Positions 20,553 through 31,233 of a stretch of 31,233 nucleotides of DNA are shown here, piece by piece. The notes beneath the pieces were generated by a model. That model saw only the letters and a program-made list of their open reading frames with translations, made no database searches and was not told the origin of the DNA. Position numbers and translations under genes: made by a program. Source of the DNA: Azolla caroliniana (Eukaryota; Plantae; Polypodiophyta); contig JBHGNT010000364.1 of the NCBI GenBank assembly GCA_043228905.1, forward strand, positions 1 to 31,233. The letters are read 5' to 3'. The first letter of the stretch is position 1, and each line of letters begins with the position of its first letter.

Positions 20553-21338
20553 ATGGCAAAGCTTACTTCCGTATTCCTCATGGCCGTGATCATGCTCGCC
20601 GCGTGTACCGCGGCCAATGCTAGGTCTGTAGGGCGGGACCGTGAAGAGGAGCGACGCGATCGACGTCGTGAGGGAGACATTGACGAGGAGAGGCGCGATC
20701 GACGCCGAGAGGGGGAGTGCGATGACGAGAGGCGCGAGCGACGTCGTGAGGGGTTCCTTGAGGAGGGGCGCCGCTACAGAGACAACAAGAGAGACTCCGA
20801 AGAGGAAAGGGAACGTCGTAGCCGTGGTCGCGATGAGCCACGTGACGAGGAACTGAGGCGAGAGTGCGGTGATTTCATCGACAAGCAGATCCGAGAGCTA
20901 CAAGAGCGCTCCGAAAGAGAGGAAGGTGAACAAGGACGTCGCTCCCCATGGATCGAAAACACTCGATACTCAAGACCCTCGGAACGGTGCTGCAGGAACG
21001 TCGAACGAATCCCCGCCGAAGATCGATGCGATCGCCTACGTGATGCCTTGTATGCTGACGAGGAGGAACGACGCAATGATGAAGGCCGACGCCATGGCCA
21101 ACAATCAAGGGAACACCGTAGCTGGGAGGAAGAGGACGGGGAGCGCGAGAGAGATAGCAGCCGTGAGCGACGAGAGGGTGACGAACGCCGCCACCGCATG
21201 TCTCGACGACAAGAGGACGAACGTCAACAACGTCGCCAATTCAAGGCCGATGACGAGGAAAGAGCTCTAGGCGTCGCCGCCTCCCGCCTACTCCAACAGT
21301 GCGATCTTCGCCCTCGTGCTTGTATTCGTCGCTTCTAA
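20553..21338 (+). CDS. 2S-albumin-like storage protein precursor, copy 13 (G196; 28-bp promoter deletion)
   Basis: Same ORF, G196 allele. Confidence 0.85.
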   Translation: MAKLTSVFLMAVIMLAACTAANARSVGRDREEERRDRRREGDIDEERRDRRREGECDDERRERRREGFLEEGRRYRDNKRDSEEERERRSRGRDEPRDEELRRECGDFIDKQIRELQERSEREEGEQGRRSPWIENTRYSRPSERCCRNVERIPAEDRCDRLRDALYADEEERRNDEGRRHGQQSREHRSWEEEDGERERDSSRERREGDERRHRMSRRQEDERQQRRQFKADDEERALGVAASRLLQQCDLRPRACIRRF

Positions 21339-22207
21339 ATAGTACATAAACCTTGTTCAAATTATTCTCGTGGTCTCTCTCTAATTTCTCGTAAGTGTTT
21401 ACGAACAAGTGCGTCTCCCCAATCGCGCATTACACCCACACGAACGTAAACACGAGCACCAACGTCCCTCCAACACGAACGTAAACACGAGCACCAACGC
21501 ATAGAATTTGCCTATAGGGACCGCAAACCACCCAAACGGAAAAGAAAACATCAAAGCAGGACACCCATACCGCACACGCCACGGCAACGGCTAAGGCTAA
21601 GGTCAACTTGTACACGCGGCGAATGTGAACTTGCTTCCACACTTGCCCGATAGGACACTCCTAGTGTGGTAGTCCGGTTAGCTTTCCTTGTCGTCGTCGT
21701 TACCAACCCCTCGTCCGTCCGAACGAGCGAGTACGGACACCGGTCTATCTACGTTCATCGATGTAGCACACTCGGGAGCCACCACTCGTCCCGCAGTAGC
21801 CTCCGCGTGCTTAGTGTCTCGGCACTAGCGCGTTCTAGTTTAATGTGCACGTGCCCGCACACCCCTACGCGCACGCGCGAGTGCGCACATTTACCTATGT
21901 ATGTATAAATGTTATGTTGCTCGACAAGCTCTCGCGCGAGGAGGAGGAGTACCCGCTACAGGTTGCGCCCAGATTGTCTGGTGACAATACGACACCTAGG
22001 ACTAGCCTAGACGTGTGGGAGGGTGGACTAGTTGGTATGGGTCTTGGGCAAGAGTTGTACGCAGGACACACACGTTATGGTAATGGGAGTGGTGAGTGAC
22101 ATGCATGTGCTCTGATTGCATGGCCATGTGTATATATTAAAGGTGGAGGGAGCAATGTCAATACAATCCATTAGGAGACAAGCACCGGGATCATAAGGAC
22201 AATCGCA

Positions 22208-22993
22208 ATGGCAAAGCTTACTTCCGTATTCCTCATGGCCGTGATCATGCTCGCCGCGTGTACCGCGGCCAATGCTAGGTCTGTAGGGCGGGACCGTGAA
22301 GAGGAGCGACGCGATCGACGTCGTGAGGGAGACATTGACGAGGAGAGGCGCGATCGACGCCGAGAGGGGGAGTGCGATGACGAGAGGCGCGAGCGACGTC
22401 GTGAGGGGTTCCTTGAGGAGGGGCGCCGCTACAGAGACAACAAGAGAGACTCCGAAGAGGAAAGGGAACGTCGTAGCCGTGGTCGCGATGAGCCACGTGA
22501 CGAGGAACTGAGGCGAGAGTGCGGTGATTTCATCGACAAGCAGATCCGAGAGCTACAAGAGCGCTCCGAAAGAGAGGAAGGTGAACAAGGACGTCGCTCC
22601 CCATGGATCGAAAACACTCGATACTCAAGACCCTCGGAACGGTGCTGCAGGAACGTCGAACGAATCCCCGCCGAAGATCGATGCGATCGCCTACGTGATG
22701 CCTTGTATGCTGACGAGGAGGAACGACGCAATGATGAAGGCCGACGCCATGGCCAACAATCAAGGGAACACCGTAGCTGGGAGGAAGAGGACGAGGAGCG
22801 CGAGAGAGATAGCAGCCGTGAGCGACGAGAGGGTGACGAACGCCGCCACCGCATGTCTCGACGACAAGAGGACGAACGTCAACAACGTCGCCAATTCAAG
22901 GCCGATGACGAGGAAAGAGCTCTAGGCGTCGCCGCCTCCCGCCTACTCCAACAGTGCGATCTTCGCCCTCGTGCTTGTATTCGTCGCTTCTAA
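22208..22993 (+). CDS. 2S-albumin-like storage protein precursor, copy 14 (E196)
   Basis: Same 261-aa ORF as copy 1. Confidence 0.85.
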   Translation: MAKLTSVFLMAVIMLAACTAANARSVGRDREEERRDRRREGDIDEERRDRRREGECDDERRERRREGFLEEGRRYRDNKRDSEEERERRSRGRDEPRDEELRRECGDFIDKQIRELQERSEREEGEQGRRSPWIENTRYSRPSERCCRNVERIPAEDRCDRLRDALYADEEERRNDEGRRHGQQSREHRSWEEEDEERERDSSRERREGDERRHRMSRRQEDERQQRRQFKADDEERALGVAASRLLQQCDLRPRACIRRF

Positions 22994-23862
22994 ATAGTAC
23001 ATAAACCTTGTTCAAATTATTCTCGTGGTCTCTCTCTAATTTCTCGTAAGTGTTTACGAACAAGTGCGTCTCCCCAATCGCGCATTACACCCACACGAAC
23101 GTAAACACGAGCACCAACGTCCCTCCAACACGAACGTAAACACGAGCACCAACGCATAGAATTTGCCTATAGGGACCGCAAACCACCCAAACGGAAAAGA
23201 AAACATCAAAGCAGGACACCCATACCGCACACGCCACGGCAACGGCTAAGGCTAAGGTCAACTTGTACACGCGGCGAATGTGAACTTGCTTCCACACTTG
23301 CCCGATAGGACACTCCTAGTGTGGTAGTCCGGTTAGCTTTCCTTGTCGTCGTCGTTACCAACCCCTCGTCCGTCCGAACGAGCGAGTACGGACACCGGTC
23401 TATCTACGTTCATCGATGTAGCACACTCGGGAGCCACCACTCGTCCCGCAGTAGCCTCCGCGTGCTTAGTGTCTCGGCACTAGCGCGTTCTAGTTTAATG
23501 TGCACGTGCCCGCACACCCCTACGCGCACGCGCGAGTGCGCACATTTACCTATGTATGTATAAATGTTATGTTGCTCGACAAGCTCTCGCGCGAGGAGGA
23601 GGAGTACCCGCTACAGGTTGCGCCCAGATTGTCTGGTGACAATACGACACCTAGGACTAGCCTAGACGTGTGGGAGGGTGGACTAGTTGGTATGGGTCTT
23701 GGGCAAGAGTTGTACGCAGGACACACACGTTATGGTAATGGGAGTGGTGAGTGACATGCATGTGCTCTGATTGCATGGCCATGTGTATATATTAAAGGTG
23801 GAGGGAGCAATGTCAATACAATCCATTAGGAGACAAGCACCGGGATCATAAGGACAATCGCA

Positions 23863-24648
23863 ATGGCAAAGCTTACTTCCGTATTCCTCATGGCCGTGAT
23901 CATGCTCGCCGCGTGTACCGCGGCCAATGCTAGGTCTGTAGGGCGGGACCGTGAAGAGGAGCGACGCGATCGACGTCGTGAGGGAGACATTGACGAGGAG
24001 AGGCGCGATCGACGCCGAGAGGGGGAGTGCGATGACGAGAGGCGCGAGCGACGTCGTGAGGGGTTCCTTGAGGAGGGGCGCCGCTACAGAGACAACAAGA
24101 GAGACTCCGAAGAGGAAAGGGAACGTCGTAGCCGTGGTCGCGATGAGCCACGTGACGAGGAACTGAGGCGAGAGTGCGGTGATTTCATCGACAAGCAGAT
24201 CCGAGAGCTACAAGAGCGCTCCGAAAGAGAGGAAGGTGAACAAGGACGTCGCTCCCCATGGATCGAAAACACTCGATACTCAAGACCCTCGGAACGGTGC
24301 TGCAGGAACGTCGAACGAATCCCCGCCGAAGATCGATGCGATCGCCTACGTGATGCCTTGTATGCTGACGAGGAGGAACGACGCAATGATGAAGGCCGAC
24401 GCCATGGCCAACAATCAAGGGAACACCGTAGCTGGGAGGAAGAGGACGAGGAGCGCGAGAGAGATAGCAGCCGTGAGCGACGAGAGGGTGACGAACGCCG
24501 CCACCGCATGTCTCGACGACAAGAGGACGAACGTCAACAACGTCGCCAATTCAAGGCCGATGACGAGGAAAGAGCTCTAGGCGTCGCCGCCTCCCGCCTA
24601 CTCCAACAGTGCGATCTTCGCCCTCGTGCTTGTATTCGTCGCTTCTAA
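23863..24648 (+). CDS. 2S-albumin-like storage protein precursor, copy 15 (E196)
   Basis: Same 261-aa ORF as copy 1. Confidence 0.85.
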   Translation: MAKLTSVFLMAVIMLAACTAANARSVGRDREEERRDRRREGDIDEERRDRRREGECDDERRERRREGFLEEGRRYRDNKRDSEEERERRSRGRDEPRDEELRRECGDFIDKQIRELQERSEREEGEQGRRSPWIENTRYSRPSERCCRNVERIPAEDRCDRLRDALYADEEERRNDEGRRHGQQSREHRSWEEEDEERERDSSRERREGDERRHRMSRRQEDERQQRRQFKADDEERALGVAASRLLQQCDLRPRACIRRF

Positions 24649-25517
24649 ATAGTACATAAACCTTGTTCAAATTATTCTCGTGGTCTCTCTCTAATTTCTC
24701 GTAAGTGTTTACGAACAAGTGCGTCTCCCCAATCGCGCATTACACCCACACGAACGTAAACACGAGCACCAACGTCCCTCCAACACGAACGTAAACACGA
24801 GCACCAACGCATAGAATTTGCCTATAGGGACCGCAAACCACCCAAACGGAAAAGAAAACATCAAAGCAGGACACCCATACCGCACACGCCACGGCAACGG
24901 CTAAGGCTAAGGTCAACTTGTACACGCGGCGAATGTGAACTTGCTTCCACACTTGCCCGATAGGACACTCCTAGTGTGGTAGTCCGGTTAGCTTTCCTTG
25001 TCGTCGTCGTTACCAACCCCTCGTCCGTCCGAACGAGCGAGTACGGACACCGGTCTATCTACGTTCATCGATGTAGCACACTCGGGAGCCACCACTCGTC
25101 CCGCAGTAGCCTCCGCGTGCTTAGTGTCTCGGCACTAGCGCGTTCTAGTTTAATGTGCACGTGCCCGCACACCCCTACGCGCACGCGCGAGTGCGCACAT
25201 TTACCTATGTATGTATAAATGTTATGTTGCTCGACAAGCTCTCGCGCGAGGAGGAGGAGTACCCGCTACAGGTTGCGCCCAGATTGTCTGGTGACAATAC
25301 GACACCTAGGACTAGCCTAGACGTGTGGGAGGGTGGACTAGTTGGTATGGGTCTTGGGCAAGAGTTGTACGCAGGACACACACGTTATGGTAATGGGAGT
25401 GGTGAGTGACATGCATGTGCTCTGATTGCATGGCCATGTGTATATATTAAAGGTGGAGGGAGCAATGTCAATACAATCCATTAGGAGACAAGCACCGGGA
25501 TCATAAGGACAATCGCA

Positions 25518-26303
25518 ATGGCAAAGCTTACTTCCGTATTCCTCATGGCCGTGATCATGCTCGCCGCGTGTACCGCGGCCAATGCTAGGTCTGTAGGGCG
25601 GGACCGTGAAGAGGAGCGACGCGATCGACGTCGTGAGGGAGACATTGACGAGGAGAGGCGCGATCGACGCCGAGAGGGGGAGTGCGATGACGAGAGGCGC
25701 GAGCGACGTCGTGAGGGGTTCCTTGAGGAGGGGCGCCGCTACAGAGACAACAAGAGAGACTCCGAAGAGGAAAGGGAACGTCGTAGCCGTGGTCGCGATG
25801 AGCCACGTGACGAGGAACTGAGGCGAGAGTGCGGTGATTTCATCGACAAGCAGATCCGAGAGCTACAAGAGCGCTCCGAAAGAGAGGAAGGTGAACAAGG
25901 ACGTCGCTCCCCATGGATCGAAAACACTCGATACTCAAGACCCTCGGAACGGTGCTGCAGGAACGTCGAACGAATCCCCGCCGAAGATCGATGCGATCGC
26001 CTACGTGATGCCTTGTATGCTGACGAGGAGGAACGACGCAATGATGAAGGCCGACGCCATGGCCAACAATCAAGGGAACACCGTAGCTGGGAGGAAGAGG
26101 ACGAGGAGCGCGAGAGAGATAGCAGCCGTGAGCGACGAGAGGGTGACGAACGCCGCCACCGCATGTCTCGACGACAAGAGGACGAACGTCAACAACGTCG
26201 CCAATTCAAGGCCGATGACGAGGAAAGAGCTCTAGGCGTCGCCGCCTCCCGCCTACTCCAACAGTGCGATCTTCGCCCTCGTGCTTGTATTCGTCGCTTC
26301 TAA
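25518..26303 (+). CDS. 2S-albumin-like storage protein precursor, copy 16 (E196)
   Basis: Same 261-aa ORF as copy 1. Confidence 0.85.
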   Translation: MAKLTSVFLMAVIMLAACTAANARSVGRDREEERRDRRREGDIDEERRDRRREGECDDERRERRREGFLEEGRRYRDNKRDSEEERERRSRGRDEPRDEELRRECGDFIDKQIRELQERSEREEGEQGRRSPWIENTRYSRPSERCCRNVERIPAEDRCDRLRDALYADEEERRNDEGRRHGQQSREHRSWEEEDEERERDSSRERREGDERRHRMSRRQEDERQQRRQFKADDEERALGVAASRLLQQCDLRPRACIRRF

Positions 26304-27172
26304 ATAGTACATAAACCTTGTTCAAATTATTCTCGTGGTCTCTCTCTAATTTCTCGTAAGTGTTTACGAACAAGTGCGTCTCCCCAATCGCGCATTACAC
26401 CCACACGAACGTAAACACGAGCACCAACGTCCCTCCAACACGAACGTAAACACGAGCACCAACGCATAGAATTTGCCTATAGGGACCGCAAACCACCCAA
26501 ACGGAAAAGAAAACATCAAAGCAGGACACCCATACCGCACACGCCACGGCAACGGCTAAGGCTAAGGTCAACTTGTACACGCGGCGAATGTGAACTTGCT
26601 TCCACACTTGCCCGATAGGACACTCCTAGTGTGGTAGTCCGGTTAGCTTTCCTTGTCGTCGTCGTTACCAACCCCTCGTCCGTCCGAACGAGCGAGTACG
26701 GACACCGGTCTATCTACGTTCATCGATGTAGCACACTCGGGAGCCACCACTCGTCCCGCAGTAGCCTCCGCGTGCTTAGTGTCTCGGCACTAGCGCGTTC
26801 TAGTTTAATGTGCACGTGCCCGCACACCCCTACGCGCACGCGCGAGTGCGCACATTTACCTATGTATGTATAAATGTTATGTTGCTCGACAAGCTCTCGC
26901 GCGAGGAGGAGGAGTACCCGCTACAGGTTGCGCCCAGATTGTCTGGTGACAATACGACACCTAGGACTAGCCTAGACGTGTGGGAGGGTGGACTAGTTGG
27001 TATGGGTCTTGGGCAAGAGTTGTACGCAGGACACACACGTTATGGTAATGGGAGTGGTGAGTGACATGCATGTGCTCTGATTGCATGGCCATGTGTATAT
27101 ATTAAAGGTGGAGGGAGCAATGTCAATACAATCCATTAGGAGACAAGCACCGGGATCATAAGGACAATCGCA

Positions 27173-27958
27173 ATGGCAAAGCTTACTTCCGTATTCCTCA
27201 TGGCCGTGATCATGCTCGCCGCGTGTACCGCGGCCAATGCTAGGTCTGTAGGGCGGGACCGTGAAGAGGAGCGACGCGATCGACGTCGTGAGGGAGACAT
27301 TGACGAGGAGAGGCGCGATCGACGCCGAGAGGGGGAGTGCGATGACGAGAGGCGCGAGCGACGTCGTGAGGGGTTCCTTGAGGAGGGGCGCCGCTACAGA
27401 GACAACAAGAGAGACTCCGAAGAGGAAAGGGAACGTCGTAGCCGTGGTCGCGATGAGCCACGTGACGAGGAACTGAGGCGAGAGTGCGGTGATTTCATCG
27501 ACAAGCAGATCCGAGAGCTACAAGAGCGCTCCGAAAGAGAGGAAGGTGAACAAGGACGTCGCTCCCCATGGATCGAAAACACTCGATACTCAAGACCCTC
27601 GGAACGGTGCTGCAGGAACGTCGAACGAATCCCCGCCGAAGATCGATGCGATCGCCTACGTGATGCCTTGTATGCTGACGAGGAGGAACGACGCAATGAT
27701 GAAGGCCGACGCCATGGCCAACAATCAAGGGAACACCGTAGCTGGGAGGAAGAGGACGAGGAGCGCGAGAGAGATAGCAGCCGTGAGCGACGAGAGGGTG
27801 ACGAACGCCGCCACCGCATGTCTCGACGACAAGAGGACGAACGTCAACAACGTCGCCAATTCAAGGCCGATGACGAGGAAAGAGCTCTAGGCGTCGCCGC
27901 CTCCCGCCTACTCCAACAGTGCGATCTTCGCCCTCGTGCTTGTATTCGTCGCTTCTAA
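27173..27958 (+). CDS. 2S-albumin-like storage protein precursor, copy 17 (E196)
   Basis: Same 261-aa ORF as copy 1. Confidence 0.85.
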   Translation: MAKLTSVFLMAVIMLAACTAANARSVGRDREEERRDRRREGDIDEERRDRRREGECDDERRERRREGFLEEGRRYRDNKRDSEEERERRSRGRDEPRDEELRRECGDFIDKQIRELQERSEREEGEQGRRSPWIENTRYSRPSERCCRNVERIPAEDRCDRLRDALYADEEERRNDEGRRHGQQSREHRSWEEEDEERERDSSRERREGDERRHRMSRRQEDERQQRRQFKADDEERALGVAASRLLQQCDLRPRACIRRF

Positions 27959-28827
27959 ATAGTACATAAACCTTGTTCAAATTATTCTCGTGGTCTCTCT
28001 CTAATTTCTCGTAAGTGTTTACGAACAAGTGCGTCTCCCCAATCGCGCATTACACCCACACGAACGTAAACACGAGCACCAACGTCCCTCCAACACGAAC
28101 GTAAACACGAGCACCAACGCATAGAATTTGCCTATAGGGACCGCAAACCACCCAAACGGAAAAGAAAACATCAAAGCAGGACACCCATACCGCACACGCC
28201 ACGGCAACGGCTAAGGCTAAGGTCAACTTGTACACGCGGCGAATGTGAACTTGCTTCCACACTTGCCCGATAGGACACTCCTAGTGTGGTAGTCCGGTTA
28301 GCTTTCCTTGTCGTCGTCGTTACCAACCCCTCGTCCGTCCGAACGAGCGAGTACGGACACCGGTCTATCTACGTTCATCGATGTAGCACACTCGGGAGCC
28401 ACCACTCGTCCCGCAGTAGCCTCCGCGTGCTTAGTGTCTCGGCACTAGCGCGTTCTAGTTTAATGTGCACGTGCCCGCACACCCCTACGCGCACGCGCGA
28501 GTGCGCACATTTACCTATGTATGTATAAATGTTATGTTGCTCGACAAGCTCTCGCGCGAGGAGGAGGAGTACCCGCTACAGGTTGCGCCCAGATTGTCTG
28601 GTGACAATACGACACCTAGGACTAGCCTAGACGTGTGGGAGGGTGGACTAGTTGGTATGGGTCTTGGGCAAGAGTTGTACGCAGGACACACACGTTATGG
28701 TAATGGGAGTGGTGAGTGACATGCATGTGCTCTGATTGCATGGCCATGTGTATATATTAAAGGTGGAGGGAGCAATGTCAATACAATCCATTAGGAGACA
28801 AGCACCGGGATCATAAGGACAATCGCA

Positions 28828-29613
28828 ATGGCAAAGCTTACTTCCGTATTCCTCATGGCCGTGATCATGCTCGCCGCGTGTACCGCGGCCAATGCTAGGT
28901 CTGTAGGGCGGGACCGTGAAGAGGAGCGACGCGATCGACGTCGTGAGGGAGACATTGACGAGGAGAGGCGCGATCGACGCCGAGAGGGGGAGTGCGATGA
29001 CGAGAGGCGCGAGCGACGTCGTGAGGGGTTCCTTGAGGAGGGGCGCCGCTACAGAGACAACAAGAGAGACTCCGAAGAGGAAAGGGAACGTCGTAGCCGT
29101 GGTCGCGATGAGCCACGTGACGAGGAACTGAGGCGAGAGTGCGGTGATTTCATCGACAAGCAGATCCGAGAGCTACAAGAGCGCTCCGAAAGAGAGGAAG
29201 GTGAACAAGGACGTCGCTCCCCATGGATCGAAAACACTCGATACTCAAGACCCTCGGAACGGTGCTGCAGGAACGTCGAACGAATCCCCGCCGAAGATCG
29301 ATGCGATCGCCTACGTGATGCCTTGTATGCTGACGAGGAGGAACGACGCAATGATGAAGGCCGACGCCATGGCCAACAATCAAGGGAACACCGTAGCTGG
29401 GAGGAAGAGGACGAGGAGCGCGAGAGAGATAGCAGCCGTGAGCGACGAGAGGGTGACGAACGCCGCCACCGCATGTCTCGACGACAAGAGGACGAACGTC
29501 AACAACGTCGCCAATTCAAGGCCGATGACGAGGAAAGAGCTCTAGGCGTCGCCGCCTCCCGCCTACTCCAACAGTGCGATCTTCGCCCTCGTGCTTGTAT
29601 TCGTCGCTTCTAA
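28828..29613 (+). CDS. 2S-albumin-like storage protein precursor, copy 18 (E196)
   Basis: Same 261-aa ORF as copy 1. Confidence 0.85.
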   Translation: MAKLTSVFLMAVIMLAACTAANARSVGRDREEERRDRRREGDIDEERRDRRREGECDDERRERRREGFLEEGRRYRDNKRDSEEERERRSRGRDEPRDEELRRECGDFIDKQIRELQERSEREEGEQGRRSPWIENTRYSRPSERCCRNVERIPAEDRCDRLRDALYADEEERRNDEGRRHGQQSREHRSWEEEDEERERDSSRERREGDERRHRMSRRQEDERQQRRQFKADDEERALGVAASRLLQQCDLRPRACIRRF

Positions 29614-30482
29614 ATAGTACATAAACCTTGTTCAAATTATTCTCGTGGTCTCTCTCTAATTTCTCGTAAGTGTTTACGAACAAGTGCGTCTCCCCAATCG
29701 CGCATTACACCCACACGAACGTAAACACGAGCACCAACGTCCCTCCAACACGAACGTAAACACGAGCACCAACGCATAGAATTTGTCTATAGGGACCGCA
29801 AACCACCCAAACGGAAAAGAAAACATCAAAGCAGGACACCCATACCGCACACGCCACGGCAACGGCTAAGGCTAAGGTCAACTTGTACACGCGGCGAATG
29901 TGAACTTGCTTCCACACTTGCCCGATAGGACACTCCTAGTGTGGTAGTCCGGTTAGCTTTCCTTGTCGTCGTCGTTACCAACCCCTCGTCCGTCCGAACG
30001 AGCGAGTACGGACACCGGTCTATCTACGTTCATCGATGTAGCACACTCGGGAGCCACCACTCGTCCCGCAGTAGCCTCCGCGTGCTTAGTGTCTCGGCAC
30101 TAGCGCGTTCTAGTTTAATGTGCACGTGCCCGCACACCCCTACGCGCACGCGCGAGTGCGCACATTTACCTATGTATGTATAAATGTTATGTTGCTCGAC
30201 AAGCTCTCGCGCGAGGAGGAGGAGTACCCGCTACAGGTTGCGCCCAGATTGTCTGGTGACAATACGACACCTAGGACTAGCCTAGACGTGTGGGAGGGTG
30301 GACTAGTTGGTATGGGTCTTGGGCAAGAGTTGTACGCAGGACACACACGTTATGGTAATGGGAGTGGTGAGTGACATGCATGTGCTCTGATTGCATGGCC
30401 ATGTGTATATATTAAAGGTGGAGGGAGCAATGTCAATACAATCCATTAGGAGACAAGCACCGGGATCATAAGGACAATCGCA

Positions 30483-31233
30483 ATGGCAAAGCTTACTTCC
30501 GTATTCCTCATGGCCGTGATCATGCTCGCCGCGTGTACCGCGGCCAATGCTAGGTCTGTAGGGCGGGACCGTGAAGAGGAGCGACGCGATCGACGTCGTG
30601 AGGGAGACATTGACGAGGAGAGGCGCGATCGACGCCGAGAGGGGGAGTGCGATGACGAGAGGCGCGAGCGACGTCGTGAGGGGTTCCTTGAGGAGGGGCG
30701 CCGCTACAGAGACAACAAGAGAGACTCCGAAGAGGAAAGGGAACGTCGTAGCCGTGGTCGCGATGAGCCACGTGACGAGGAACTGAGGCGAGAGTGCGGT
30801 GATTTCATCGACAAGCAGATCCGAGAGCTACAAGAGCGCTCCGAAAGAGAGGAAGGTGAACAAGGACGTCGCTCCCCATGGATCGAAAACACTCGATACT
30901 CAAGACCCTCGGAACGGTGCTGCAGGAACGTCGAACGAATCCCCGCCGAAGATCGATGCGATCGCCTACGTGATGCCTTGTATGCTGACGAGGAGGAACG
31001 ACGCAATGATGAAGGCCGACGCCATGGCCAACAATCAAGGGAACACCGTAGCTGGGAGGAAGAGGACGAGGAGCGCGAGAGAGATAGCAGCCGTGAGCGA
31101 CGAGAGGGTGACGAACGCCGCCACCGCATGTCTCGACGACAAGAGGACGAACGTCAACAACGTCGCCAATTCAAGGCCGATGACGAGGAAAGAGCTCTAG
31201 GCGTCGCCGCCTCCCGCCTACTCCAACAGTGCG
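30483..31233 (+). CDS. 2S-albumin-like storage protein precursor, copy 19 (E196), truncated by the window edge
   Basis: ATG at 30483; reads through ...LLQQC to the window end. Absent from the ORF track only because the stop lies outside the window. Confidence 0.85.
   Translation, partial: MAKLTSVFLMAVIMLAACTAANARSVGRDREEERRDRRREGDIDEERRDRRREGECDDERRERRREGFLEEGRRYRDNKRDSEEERERRSRGRDEPRDEELRRECGDFIDKQIRELQERSEREEGEQGRRSPWIENTRYSRPSERCCRNVERIPAEDRCDRLRDALYADEEERRNDEGRRHGQQSREHRSWEEEDEERERDSSRERREGDERRHRMSRRQEDERQQRRQFKADDEERALGVAASRLLQQC

Larger units (their letters stand above)
1..31233 (+). repeat. Head-to-tail tandem gene array, 1655-bp unit, about 18.9 units, running off both window edges
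   Basis: ATG positions 748, 2403, 4058, 5713, 7368, 8996 ... 30483 are 1655 bp apart, except for a 1628-bp gap (27-bp deletion before copy 6) and a 1627-bp gap (28-bp deletion before copy 13). The ORF track repeats identically in each unit. Confidence 0.99.

Noticed and set aside
1-31233. Concatemer of a small plasmid, circular virus or transposon
   Set aside because: No Rep, capsid, transposase or reverse transcriptase ORF, and no TIR/LTR. The only gene is a secreted plant-type protein, and the units differ by shared and private variants. An eccDNA/rolling-circle origin of the amplification cannot be excluded but has no direct support.

Overview
The whole window is one head-to-tail tandem array of a 1655-bp unit, with 18 complete copies plus a 19th cut by the right edge; no unique flanking DNA is visible on either side. 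Each unit carries one intronless + strand gene (786 bp, 261 aa) and an 869-bp spacer. The protein has an N-terminal signal peptide and is extremely rich in Arg, Glu and Asp. Its cysteine skeleton is that of the plant prolamin superfamily / 2S albumin storage proteins: C...CC-X9-[D]-X-C...C-X6-C, with one canonical disulfide pair apparently lost. Each copy has a compact seed/spore-maturation-type promoter: RY element CATGCATG, ACGT-core ABRE/G-box motifs and a TATA box 77 nt before the ATG. The copies are almost identical. I found only one recurrent coding SNP (E196G; 10 E and 9 G copies), two private spacer deletions (27 and 28 bp) and one private spacer SNP. The best reading is a massively amplified, recently homogenised array of a divergent Arg-rich 2S-albumin-like storage protein gene from a land plant. 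The organism cannot be determined from the sequence alone, and the family call rests on manual motif recognition, not a database search.
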